DNA from: Cycas panzhihuaensis
Taxonomy: Eukaryota > Plantae > Cycadophyta
DNA: 64,000 bases
Assembly (NCBI GenBank): GCA_023213395.1
Contig: CM041465.1
Span: 157,177,741 to 157,241,740 of the forward strand
Direction: 5' to 3'
Shown here: in pieces, positions 27,900 through 39,656 of the stretch
How positions within the stretch are numbered: the stretch's first letter is position 1
Layout of the letters: the number at the start of each line of letters is the position of its first letter
Position numbers and translations under genes: made by a program
The notes under the pieces: model-generated
The model's database searches: none
Seen by the model: only the letters and a program-made list of their open reading frames with translations
Told to the model about the DNA's origin: nothing

Positions 27900-28560
27900 C
27901 TCACAAATTCTGCCATGTCTGAGAGTCTACTTTTATGAGCATTGAATGCATAGCCTTACTTTTATTGAATGATACACTTTAGTCAAGGTGAATTAAACTC
28001 ATTTTTTTTAAGGTTCTTCTAAATGGCACTCTATCATAAGTCAAATGAAATTATCAACTTGAGGTCAAGGTCATTAGGATTTAACTTGTCAAGATCATTG
28101 GAACCATGGGAGGTCCTTTTAGGAGGAGGTTGTTCTTTCTTATATAAATCATGCCTCTATTACTTTAGCCATTTTAATAACTTCTTTTAGAGTAAGCTAA
28201 AATAATATTGGATGCACTCTTTGAGTCTTATGATATAGGTATCAATAATGATTTATTTATTTAAATATTCGCTAGTACAATTTTACAACATTTAAATTTT
28301 ATTTATATATATTTCCACTAATGATGTTTTAGCCTTGTAAGCTAGGTAAAGAATGATTGATTCCAAGTGTCCTCATATTGTTCCAAGAAACTATTAGAAA
28401 AATATGCCCACGTTTAATTTGAAGGGTATTCTCACTTCCACTAAAGAAACCAATAATGAACTTTTTTGTCCATGTGGATGGATACATAAGTTATTTGATC
28501 TTACTTAAACATTAGATTGACTATAAAATAAGACTCTAGCTTGCTAATTCTAACTTTGAG
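27900..28560 (-). mobile_element. Possible very old LINE ORF1 remnant
   Basis: Minus strand has traces such as GFF (~28450) and LTYDRVPF (~28030), resembling the DUF4283/pre-knuckle region. Weak. Confidence 0.2.
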
Positions 28561-29003
28561 CACTTTTCTTATTAAGATCAGGACTAAAAGTTAGAATATT
28601 AATATTATAATGGAGATGTTGTAGTAGTGGAGGTGGATTGCCTACCTAATTTGGTGGAGGGTCTCTTGTTAGATTTGATGGGTGTTTAGAGTTAGAGTTG
28701 GATTGCATTGTCTAGTTTAGGATTATAATGATGTCAACCATTGTCACAAGATTAGGCATTTTAATTTTTACCTTTCTTTAGAAATCCATGAAGTTTATTT
28801 CCAAAGCAAGGATTCCATCTACCTAAGTAGGAAGAGTCATCATAGAGGTAGAAGGGGCTTCTAAGAAAAAGGACTAATAAGAAGAAGGGGATATAAGGAA
28901 TGGGAGAAGCAAGATAGAATGGGTTTCAATAAAATAGGGATAGGTATAGAGAATAGGCTCTAAAGAATTGGGGAATTTCTACTAAAAAGAAAAAAGAAGG
29001 GGA

Positions 29004-29301
29004 TGAAAAGGGTTAATATCACAAGTTCATTACATTAGTTGATTATTTTTCAAAACAGTCTTAAGTGAGCTTTAAATTAGATCACTTAAGTGAAATGCAC
29101 TTTCATGTACATTATGTATAATTTCATTTCACCTAACTCTAATGCTCCCTCTCTCAATATAAAAGTAAAAGCTCAATGGAGGAGGCTCATTCTTACCTCC
29201 CCATTTTGTGAGAGCTACTTTCTTTCTCTCAACTCTCTCTTACTCTCATATTTGCCTTTATGTTTAGTGCATAGAAATGAAGGATAGATCCACTCTTTTC
29301 A
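29004..29301 (+). repeat. 5' LTR of copia B
   Basis: 7-bp terminal inverted repeat TGAAAAG...CTTTTCA. TATAAAA at ~29158. Confidence 0.95.
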
Positions 29302-29303
29302 TA

Positions 29304-29315
29304 TGGTATCAGAGC
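29304..29315 (+). promoter_or_regulatory. Primer binding site (tRNA-iMet) of copia B
   Basis: TGGTATCAGAGC, 2 nt after the LTR end. Confidence 0.95.
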
Positions 29316-29820
29316 TTACTTCCTTCATATTCCTCACTTACACTTGCAATGGAGCCATCACTTCCTTCTCCCCCACAATCCATGTGGTGAAGGAGATTGG
29401 CAAAGTGGATTTGAAAATATTTTTAAGTTATTATGATAACATATTTTGTATTGTTTACTTTCCCATTCTCTTTTGTAGGTTTGGAAGCATAATACAAGGA
29501 GTTATAAGGCCCAAGGATTCTGATCCTTTGGTGGTCATTCATGCTATCTCATTCTTCTTTCTCTTTCCTCTCTTTTTGTCCATTTAACAAGGGGAAATGC
29601 TGTCGAAATTTTTCTAGCATTTAGAAGAATGATTGTAAGGCTAGGTCTTACCATTTTTTTAAAGAATTTTGAGCTATTTAAAATATCCATCATTGTATGC
29701 TCTCACCTTGCCCATATTGGGATACTAGTGATCAAGAAATAATGGACATTTCATATGGTATCATGTGTTAATAAGATATTAGCAAGCTTAAATTTTTGTA
29801 GAAATACAATTTGCTTATTG

Positions 29821-30170
29821 AACTTCACAGGTCTGTAAAATCTTCTAAAAAGCTCCAATTGATGTGATTCCAATTTTCAAAGATGAGGCTTTGAGTCTAC
29901 TTCCAGTAAAAAAATTGAAACCAAATTTTTATGTTGTATGAGGAAGTTATTATTGTTTTAGTGAAGCAATTATTTTTAGTAAGAATTCTGGAAAAATATA
30001 ATCTCCTAACTTTGCAAGGCTGCCAAAAACTTTCTAGAACTCATTTGGACTTGATTCCACTTCTTAAAGATGAAGCTCTGAGTCTAGTTTACAACACAAA
30101 ATTTGGTACTCCATTTTGACATCGTGGAAGAAAGTTATTGCTGATTTAGTGAAGACTACTTTCTTTTGTA
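29821..30170 (+). repeat. Degenerate ~187-bp tandem duplication in the copia B leader
   Basis: TGATTCCA..AAAGATGARGCTYTGAGTCTA...AAGTTATT..TG.TTTAGTGAAG occurs twice about 187 bp apart. Confidence 0.7.
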
Positions 30171-30369
30171 TTAATAAGAAAAAAAAGTGAATAAAATTTC
30201 TTCCTTCCTTTTATAAGGCTTAAAAGCTCATTGTAAAAGTGACGAAAAAACCACCTAGATCATAGTAATATTTGGTGTCCTCACTCACTTATTAGCATTA
30301 CATTTTAGCACTCTAAAATCACTCAAAGTAAGCACTCTAATGACACTTCAAACAAGCACTCCAAGCAAG

Positions 30370-30926
30370 CATTCTATTTTCAGTTAAATGTACATTTGAT
30401 GCAATTCGATAATCTTTTCACTCTTCCTAAAAGGAACGCATCACAGACACTATTTTCTGCCATCTTGTACCTATTCACACACTCGCCAAGGTTGAGATAC
30501 CTTGGTTGGCAGAATGTCGTGCCATAAAGGAGGTATAGGTTTCAAGTTGGGACTAGACTAAACCGGAATATTAGTGAGGTTTGGTTAGCCATACCATCAT
30601 ACCTTAATCAGGGATCATCCTGATAACCAACTAGAAAAACTGAAACTTTAATATAAGATTAAAATATACCCAATCTAATATCTATCATAACCATGGGTAT
30701 GTATGTACCACTCTTTAGAGGAGGTATATAGCTACTCATTTGTGAACTAGGTGAGGATTGACAGTACCTGGGCTCCGTTGTGACTTGGATTTCATCACCA
30801 ATCACAATTGTAGGTAACGTGGGTGAAGGCCAACTTAATTCTACTATAAGCCTAGGCATCCCTTCAACAATCTCAACTACATGTTGGACATAAGTTAGAG
30901 GTTATTGGGCTAATTGCGCATCCTAC
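30370..30926 (+). ncRNA. Putative large structured cis-RNA in the 5' leader of copia B
   Basis: Homologous to 57203-57750 with multiple compensatory stem changes. No conserved ORF. See findings. Confidence 0.6.
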
Positions 30927-31029
30927 ATTTGAGTTTCAAGTTGTGTAAACCCAATGATGTCAACTTCTATAATCATGTATATTGATCACTTACTTACTTA
31001 TAAAAAGTGATCCATAGTGTAATTACAAT

Positions 31030-31160
31030 TATAGTGCTTCCCATATTCCTACTGTGTCAGGTTAATATTTACCACAAGTATTAGTGGCCAATTTTTCTCA
31101 TAGTACTTCTCATATTCCTACTGCGTCATGTTAATATTTGTCACAAGTGTTAGTGACTTT
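31030..31160 (+). repeat. ~69-bp tandem duplication just upstream of gag
   Basis: ATAGTRCTTCYCATATTCCTACTGYGTCAKGTTAATATTT..CACAAGT.TTAGTG twice. A single related copy lies in element C at ~57860-57910. Confidence 0.8.
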
Positions 31161-31319
31161 TCTCTAAGTTGCTCCCTTCATCTTTGAGCAACCATTCTCA
31201 CTCCTTCTTCCTTCTACTACACTACTTCATTACATTTCCCATTTGTAAATAGTGATTGGTCATTTATTACCATCACTTTTAGTCCCTTATTTATTTCTTC
31301 CTTTCTCAAAAGACACTAT

Positions 31320-34300
31320 ATCTTCACAGTTCAAGCAAAATGTGAACTATATTTTAAAAGAGAAAGAAAATTGGGACATGTGGTTCACTTATAGCCTACA
31401 CCATCTGTTGCAACTATAGCTACCTCAACTACTTCTAGAGGAGGTGCTCTAACTACTCCCACTAAAGTTGCAGCTAAACACCAATAGGAACTTGATGATG
31501 ACAAAATCCATGCAGGGATACTGCTTATCACTGATTATTCCCTACATAATCTCATTGATGAAACTCTATATGATACAACATGGAAAGTTCTTGAAGTTCT
31601 TAAGAAGAACTTTAACACTAAATTAGACTTAGAATTTGTTCACTTAGTGTTGAAGATGAACAAATTGAAAATGCAAAAAGGACATGCAAATGAGATAATC
31701 AATCTCATTTGTCCAATCAAGCAAGCCATTGATAAATATTTTAAAACTCAATGCATTACATGGGCTTTCTTGATTCAGTCATGTCTCCATATCCCAAATT
31801 ATAAAAATCTATTGGGAAGTCTTCAATCTAGTGGCACTTTGAAGACCCTAAACTTTTAGGCTTTTGCTGATAAGTTCATTGAATTTAATAAGACCTTTGA
31901 TACCAACTTTGCCACTATATCAGATCTAGTTGATGCTGCTTTTGAAGTGGAAGAAGATCTTTGTTATACCAAAAACCAAGGTTAATACTCTCATAAAGGT
32001 GGTAATTCCCGTAGAAGAGGAAGAGATAGACAACAAGGACAACGTCCTCTTGGTCAACAGGCTCCTCAACTCTAACAAAAATAGTCTTAAGGCCAAGGCC
32101 AAAATAATCAACCTGGACATAGATCCAATAATTAGAGACAATCCAACCAGCCCAATACTTCTTATGGGACTGGAAATCAAATAATTATGTGCCAAAGATG
32201 TAATAGAAAAGGACATTATGCCAAAAATTGTAAAATTGCCACCAATAAACTACCAAGTTATCAACAACGCCATGGTGCACATAATGTTGATAATACTTCT
32301 TTTGAAGATGCTTTTGGTGGAATATAATTTGCTTATGCACACCTTCAAAGAATTAGGACCACTTCATCAAATGTTATTGATAGATTCACTAAGTATATTG
32401 AGGCTCACTGTGGCTATGCTTATTCACTTTTGCCTTCACCACTTTGAGTTGCAAATAGTGCCACCTAAAATACTTTATCGTGGATCATGGATACTGGAGC
32501 AACATAACATATGACTTGTCATCGCTAGTTCTTTCAGGATTTTGACTTTGAAGTTCGTGGTGTTGTACACATGGCTGACAAATCATCTCACCGATTCAAG
32601 GACTTGGAACTATTTGCCTAAAACTCCTAGGCCTTCCAGATTTTACACTTGTTGATGTTTTATATATTCTTGCTCTGAAGCAGAATTTGCTCTCCCTGTC
32701 CACTCTTGTCTCTCATGGATTTAAGCTGAGTGTAATTGTAACCAATCAAACTCTCTGTGTCATTCACCCTCCTTTAAATACTGTGGTTATGACCGGACTT
32801 CTTGATGGCAAACTTTTTTGACTAACTGGCTCACCATCCTCTAAATCCAACTATGTTGATGATGACTCTACTTTTACCACAACCCTGACTCCTCAAAAGT
32901 TGTCCCAAGCAGCCCTATGACATGCTCGTATGGGCCATATCAAAATTGATTGTTTAAGAGAACTACAAGCCACTCTTCCTAGTTTGCCTAGGCTCTCCTC
33001 TAAGCCCTTTAAATGTGAAGCATATATTATTGCCAAATCTCAAAGACAACCCTTTCCTCATAGTTAGTAGAAGTCTAGCCAACCTTTGTAGCTTATACAC
33101 TCAGATATATGTAGTCCTATGCCCATCCCTTCTCTCAAACAAAAGTGTTACTATATTACTTTCATTGATGATTTTACCAATAAAGTATAGGTTGCTTTTC
33201 TTGCAAAGAAAGATGAAGCTTTTTCTATATTTCAAGCTTTCAAGGCCCGCGTAGAAAATGAATCTAGATTCAAGATAAAAATAGTTAGGACTGACAATGG
33301 TGGTGAGTACACATCCAATGAGTTTGAATTGTACCTATGTCAACATGGAATCAAACATCAGACCACTGTTGCAGGTACACCCCAACAAAATGGAGTTATT
33401 GAGTGCATGAATTGGACCATCATGAACATGGCTCATGCTATGCTGGTATATAAGAATATCCCTATCTATTTTTGGACCGAGGCTATCTAGACTGTTGTGT
33501 ATTACATCAACACTGTTAGTCCCTCCAAACACGACCCCTCTCCACATGAAATGTGGTATGGATAAACCCCCTCTATCTCCTACTTCAGAATTTTTGGCTC
33601 TACTTGTTATGCTCATATTCTAGAGGAACATAGAAATAACTTCAAGATAGGGCCATCAAAGGCATCTTTGTCAGATACCCTATGGACAAAAAAATGATAC
33701 ATGGTTTTCATACCTTCACAAAGCAAAATCGTCATTATTAGAGATGTTATCTTTGCGGAGACTGAAGATCAATTACTCAAACTTGACTCTAAGATGCCTT
33801 CATACCGATTTAATGATACTATTGAATTTGATATCTAGATTCTAAAATTTAGGGGGGGAGATGCTCAACATTTGCTCAAAATCTTGGAATCTAACAATAG
33901 AGCCTCGGAGGATACAAGTTGTGACTCCCAGCCAATGTGTATACATCCAGCACCATCATTTGTAAACAGCCAAGTTGGAAAAGGCAAAGCCATAGTAGAA
34001 GGATCATCTTCTCCAACATCTATGGCTGGCCCATCTTCTCCAGCATCGTCAACTTCCTCCATGCCAAACATTTCACATGATCCTTTTCAAGATCAAAATG
34101 AAGACCAAGAGGTTGTGGAAATAAAAACCTCATTCCCAACTCGAGGTTTTCGTGAAGCCTACCAGCTACATAAGGACATCTAACCAGATGAGATAAGCAA
34201 AACTGGCACTAGAAGTGCCCATAGAGTAAGGATGCATGAATCACTTTCCATTGAGCTTGAACCAGCAGAACTGCACCTTGCTCTTAATGAAGAGCCCCTA

Positions 34301-35836
34301 ACGTACCAAGAAGTTATAGAGCATATAGCTTGGAGAAATTCCATGAACGAAGAGTACCAATCTCTTATCAAGAACGGTACATGGGAGCTTGTTGATCTAC
34401 CACTTGGAAGAAAGGTAGTTCAAAATAAACAGGTGTTCAAAAATAAGTATTGATTAGATGGCACCCTAGAAAAACACAAGGCAAGGTTGGTAACAAAAGG
34501 ATTCACACAAAGGGAAGGCATCGACTACACTGAAATCTTTGCTCCTACAACCAAGTGGCCTACAATCATAACTCTTATAGCCTTGGCTGCTCAACAGGGT
34601 TGGAAAATCCACCAACTCGATGTTATGACCGCATTTCTTAATGGGGACCTTAAAGAAAAAATTTACATGGCTCAACTAGAAGGATACAAGATTGTCGATT
34701 AGAAACATAAGGTTTGTAGGCTCAAAAAGTCCTTATACGGCCTAAAGCAAGCCCCTCATGCTTGGTTTACCAAGTTGTCTGAAAGAATGAGGTAACTTAG
34801 ATATGAGGTTTGTGACTATTAAGATATTGATGTAACATTATTCATCAAGTGCCAAAATGATAAAGTCACTTACCTCTTAATCTTTGTGGATGATATGCTA
34901 ATAACGTGGAATAGTGAACAGGTAATCAGCCAGCTGAAGAAGGACCTTGCTAAAACTTTTAAATTGTCTGACCTTAGGTTGATGAAATATTACTTAGGAA
35001 TTGAAGTAACTCAAAAGAATGGCAAAATCTTTCTCTCCCAAGAAAAATATATCAACGATCTTCTGACAAAGTTTCAATTGGAAGGTGCTCAACCAGTGGA
35101 TACACCTATGGAGCCTAATATTAAACTCTTAGTTGATGGCGACATTAGGGAGGTAGACGCAATACTCTATAGGCAACTTGTAGGTAGTCTCATCTATACT
35201 ACTAACACAAGGCCAGATATTGCACACTTTGTTGGCATTCTTACAAGATTCATGATAAATCCTAAGCAGAATCATTGGCAAGCTGCAATACAAGTGTTGA
35301 AGTACCTAAAGACGACCAACAAATGTGGCATGTTGTATGAACCCAATGCAGAATTTAAACTTTATGCATACACAGACTTAGACTTTACTAGAGATAAAGA
35401 CACAGGAAGATCTACATCTAGGTACATAACATTTCTTAGAACAGTACTAATATCACGGAGATCTAGACGGTAGAAGATAGTTGCAGACTCAACCGTTGAA
35501 GTTGAGTATATTACTGCTTCTGAGATAAGCAAGGAGGTGATATAGCTTAGAAAATTGTTGAATATATTAAATGCCACCCAAACAAGTTCTACTAGCTTAC
35601 ATATAGATAATCAATCTACAATCCAGATGGTTAAAAATCCTGTATTTCATGATCATACCAAACATATAAGTACAAAAGTCTATAGGATTAGAGAACTAGT
35701 TCATGATGGCATAATTCAACTGGAGTAATTCCCTATAGCAGATCAAGTGGTCGATATCTTCACCAAACCACTGAAGAGGGTGAAGTTTGAATAGTTCTAA
35801 AAGCAACTCAGCCTTAGGGCCTCCATCTCTGACTAA
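31320..35836 (+). pseudogene. Decayed copia gag-pol polyprotein (element B)
   Basis: WIMDTGAT.HMT protease (~32480), HARMGH/C..II Zn finger, DNGGEY..NEF and TPQQNG integrase, RT motifs GIDYTEIFAP, IHQLDV.TAFLNG, YGLKQAP.AW and VDDML, RNase H YTD.DF..D.DT.RSTS. Terminal TAA at 35834-35836. Confidence 0.92.
33851..33862 (+). promoter_or_regulatory. Candidate central polypurine tract of copia B
   Basis: AGGGGGGGAGAT is nearly identical to the 3' PPT AAGGGGGAGAT. A G-run occupies the same site in element C (60529-60539). Confidence 0.55.
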
Positions 35837-36269
35837 TTGAATGAGATGACAATAGGACCATCATACTCTGTCTCATTTGTGAAAACCCCTTGTGGGTGCG
35901 GAAGGACAAGAGTAAGTCTCTGCTCTATTTCATTCGTGAAAACCCCTAATGGGCGCAAAAGGATAAGGGTTGTATCATTTTGGAAAATCAGAACCTGTGA
36001 AAAACTCGAAAGGGTGTAGGGGATAACCAAATGGTATATGGAGACTTAGTAGATTTTAGCTACAAAATTCATTGTACTGATTAGCTATCTAGCTTCATTT
36101 AAAGAGTTGCCTGAGCTAGGTTAGTAGATTAGAAAATTTGTAAGTTTTCTTCCCCATGAGGGTTTCCAATAAAAGTGTCATAGTAGTTTGTTTTGTAAGA
36201 GACTTAAATAAGACCTCATAGGATAGAATAAAATAGGATGAAATGACCTTCTACCACTAAGGGGGAGAT
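35837..36269 (+). ncRNA. Structured 3' UTR of copia B with three A-bulged hairpin modules
   Basis: stem-GTG-AAAA-CCC-loop-GGG-stem at 35864-35914, 35922-35970 and 35994-36020. Conserved in element C. Confidence 0.5.
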
Positions 36270-36567
36270 TGAAAAGGGTTAATATCACAAGGTCATTACA
36301 TTAGTTGATTATTTCTAAAAAGGGTCTTAAGTGAACTTTAAATTAGATCACTTAAGTGAAATGCACTTTTATGTGCATTATGTGTAATTTCATTTTACCT
36401 AATTTTAATGCTCCCTCTCTCAATATAAAAGTAAAAGCTCAATGGAGGAGGCTCATTCTTACCTCCCCATTTTGTGAGAGTTACTTTCTTTCTCTCAAGT
36501 CTCTCTTACTCCCATGTTTGCCTTTGTGTTTAGTGCATGGAGATGAAGGATAGATCCACTCTTTTAA
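36270..36567 (+). repeat. 3' LTR of copia B
   Basis: About 93% identical to 29004-29301 by manual count. Terminal CA mutated to AA. Confidence 0.95.
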
Positions 36568-37668
36568 GGGGGGGTAGGGGGAAGGTGTTTATATCTTATT
36601 AACCTTAAAATTTAAGCAAGAAGATCAACTAATGTATTAGAATGAGTGTAAATAGCTCATTGAAATAGTATATATAAGTTTTAGGCAAAAATTTTAATTG
36701 GTAGAACCTATGGGGTTCCTATAGGCTAGTTTTCCCCAAAACTAATAGCCAAAACTAACCTAGTGGAACATAATCAATATGACACATTGATCGAAATAAG
36801 ATGTATGAATTTTGATGGTAATTTTTGAGTCATGAACTTTTTTTTTTTAATGATGAGTCTAATGATGCAGGTTTTATTTGAATTGGAGAAATATTGATTG
36901 ATGTGACCCTACAGACTAATTATGGCTCACTCTCTCTTTCTTTCTTTCTTTCTTGTAAATAATAAAGGGGACTTAATGGATGAATTAAGAGATAGACTAG
37001 ATATAGATATGAATTGTGCTAAAGCTTTAAATAGGAATTTTATTATCGATGTTTTGCTTATAATATTTTGTTGTCTATATTAATGCGTGTTCCTTTCTAG
37101 AGTTATGTTATGAAGTAAAGCAAGCTTGTAGGTGTTTTACAATTTAGGTAGTGATGTATGCTCACCTAAAGCATGAAAAGGAACAATGATTTGAAGACTT
37201 TCTAATAATATGTATGTAATAATAAAAGATAAATATAAGAAATCTCAAATATATGAAGGAACATATTTTCATTTATGATAATTATTTATATGTTTTATTT
37301 AGACCTTATTTTTTAAGTTTCATTAATTGAAATCATGCAATGAGTTCATGGCTAAGATATCCTTTGTGGATGGTAGCAAAAATTGTAGCAATTTACTCAA
37401 GGTTAGAAATAGTTGGTTATTAAATAGTTATGCTTTATTAATGTGATTGTGTTATTGGAAATCATTGGTGGACATGCAAGATAAGTTCATCACTTTGTAA
37501 GGTCATAAACCCAATGTTATAAGTTCAAATAAAATAAATTTAAATTTCTTCTCAAAAGTTATAGAAAAGGAATAAGCACAAAAAGGAAATGCATATCAAA
37601 CATTTTAAAATCTAAGATAAAGTTTGGTGATGTGATAAGAAAAACAAAGATTAAATATTAAATAGGAG

Positions 37669-38540
37669 TGTTAAAGAATGATATTTAATCTATAGTCAAT
37701 CAATGATGCTTATATGTATTTAGATCTCATACTCTAGTCATATATTGTCTAGTAGTTAAATTTTGGCAGTCTCATTAGGCATACTCTCTCAAGTTTATGA
37801 ATATGTCAATATCATCAAATGGTATATAAATACTCACCTAATTCATTGTAAAATCATTATAAGGCTTGTAGGTTCTTACACATGATTATTGGTGGATGTC
37901 TAATGTAACATCACTAGTGCTTAATGAGGTGATTTAATTCTATAAAAGGGCAAAGATTATTCATGATTAGTTATGTGGACACCTAGTTCTTCTATAATGG
38001 AAACTAGTATGGTCTTATTGTGTGCTTCATTATACATAATTTTATATTAATGAGATATCATATGTTTCAAATGGATGTTTCCTAATCTTAAGGTTTTAGT
38101 ATTATACATCATGTCTCTCAATATTAAATGTTTAATTCTTGTTTTATTAAATATTATTGATGACTTAGTACCCTATTGATGATAATACAAGACAGTATAC
38201 TTGATGTTACGTACTTCCATACTAACACGCTTGCATTCAGTATGAGGTGTTTAATATTATGTCCTAATGATATTAAACCTAATATTTTAATATGGCATTA
38301 GAGTTATATGGTTGCTAGATGTGAATGTGGAGTTGAAATACTCATATGCATGTAAGAGATCATTGTAAAGAGTTATGAGCTAGTTTAGAGCCAAAGGGAC
38401 CTCATTGAGGTCTGAAAAAATTAATTATACTTATTGTGACTAGGAAAATTTAAGGCATATTGATAAATTCAAGAGCTACATACAAGATGAAGATTGGACT
38501 CTCAAAAAGTGCTAATGAGGTTGTGTTACAAGTTTTATTT
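37669..38540 (+). repeat. Dispersed ~850-bp LTR-like repeat, copy 2
   Basis: Starts TGTTAAAGAAT after the purine-rich AAATAGGAG. Collinear with 23800-24655. Confidence 0.75.
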
Positions 38541-38870
38541 TGTGGACATTACTATACATGCGAGTTATATAAATTCCATGCAACTTGTTAAAGGTTCATC
38601 CACAAGTTTAGGAGATGTAAGTATGAGAAGTAAACTTGTATGTAGGTTTGATCACCCTATAAGAGTGAGAAGTAAGTAGACACCCATTAGTATATTGTCA
38701 TAGAAAAATAAGATACAAAATCATAGTAAAGTACACATGTATATGGTGATGATTTTGCCATCTAGAGATGATCCATGCATGTTGTGTAGGTTATTAGAGA
38801 TATGCAAAAGATTCTAAAGGCAATTACATATGTCCCAATTTGAGAGATCCATTGCGAGAATGAAATGAGA

Positions 38871-39656
38871 AAATCCATAAGGAAACATGCATGAGAATAG
38901 GTAATAGGCATGTAGTATAAAATTAAGTTGAGAATAGGGTTAACATTCCAAAAGGTAGTAATTGTAAAGTGCCCATAAGGAGTTCTATTCAATAGAGAAA
39001 AGTGACCATAATTAGGCAACCTGCGTGAAGGTGTTCTATACTAAAGGGAAGGCAAGTCATATTTATAGCAATAAAGAGAATAATGCAAGCCCATTATAAG
39101 GCATTCTATATGGTAGCAAAGCTAAAGTGTGTGCCTATTCAAACCAACTCTAAAAGCTAGAAACTTGTATATATAATAAAACAAATACTTAAAAAAGGCC
39201 CAGATTTAAACATTGGGATTTGAGAAGTGTTATAGATCATAAAATCCTCACATAATTCAAGAAACCCTAAAGGGTAGTTAAGTAGAAGAAGAGCCCTTAT
39301 GAAGGGTGTTTTATCTAAGAGTAATATTTTGCAGTAATAAAGGAGAATAAGCTAAAATGATATAAGCAAATCCATGAAGAAACATACATGAGAATAGGCA
39401 ATAGGCATGTAGTACAAAATTGAGTTGAGAATAGGGTTAACATTCTAGTAGTAATTGTAAAGAGCCCCTGAGGAGTTTTATATAATAGAGAAAAGTGCCC
39501 ACAAGTAGGTAACTCATTTGAAGGTGTTTAATAATAGAGTGAAGGCATGGCATATTTATGGTAGTAAAGAGAACTAATGCAAGCCCATTATAAGGTGTTT
39601 CATAAGGCAGCAAAGTTAGAACATATGCATGTTCAGACTAACTCTGAAAGCTAGAA
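38871..39656 (+). repeat. Two ~290-bp direct repeats (38871-39162 and 39368-39656)
   Basis: Shared CATGAGAATAGG.AATAGGCATGTAGTA..GTTGAGAATAGGGTTAACATTC...TAATGCAAGCCCATTATAAGG...AAAGCTAGAA. Confidence 0.85.

Larger units (their letters stand above)
29004..36567 (+). mobile_element. Ty1/copia LTR retrotransposon B (structurally complete, ORF disrupted)
   Basis: 298-bp LTRs at 29004-29301 and 36270-36567 (about 20 differences by manual count). PBS TGGTATCAGAGC 29304-29315. PPT AAGGGGGAGAT 36259-36269. Flanks GGGGA / GGGGG. Order gag-PR-IN-RT-RH. Confidence 0.95.

Noticed and set aside
29090-29287. Near-identical 65-aa ORFs at 29090 and 36356
   Set aside because: They are the same position in the two LTRs of copia B, start with GTG and resemble no protein I recognise.
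30659-30859. 66-aa minus-strand ORF overlapping the conserved leader block
   Set aside because: The homologous region of element C has indels and no equivalent ORF in the track; the substitutions fit base pairing rather than codons.
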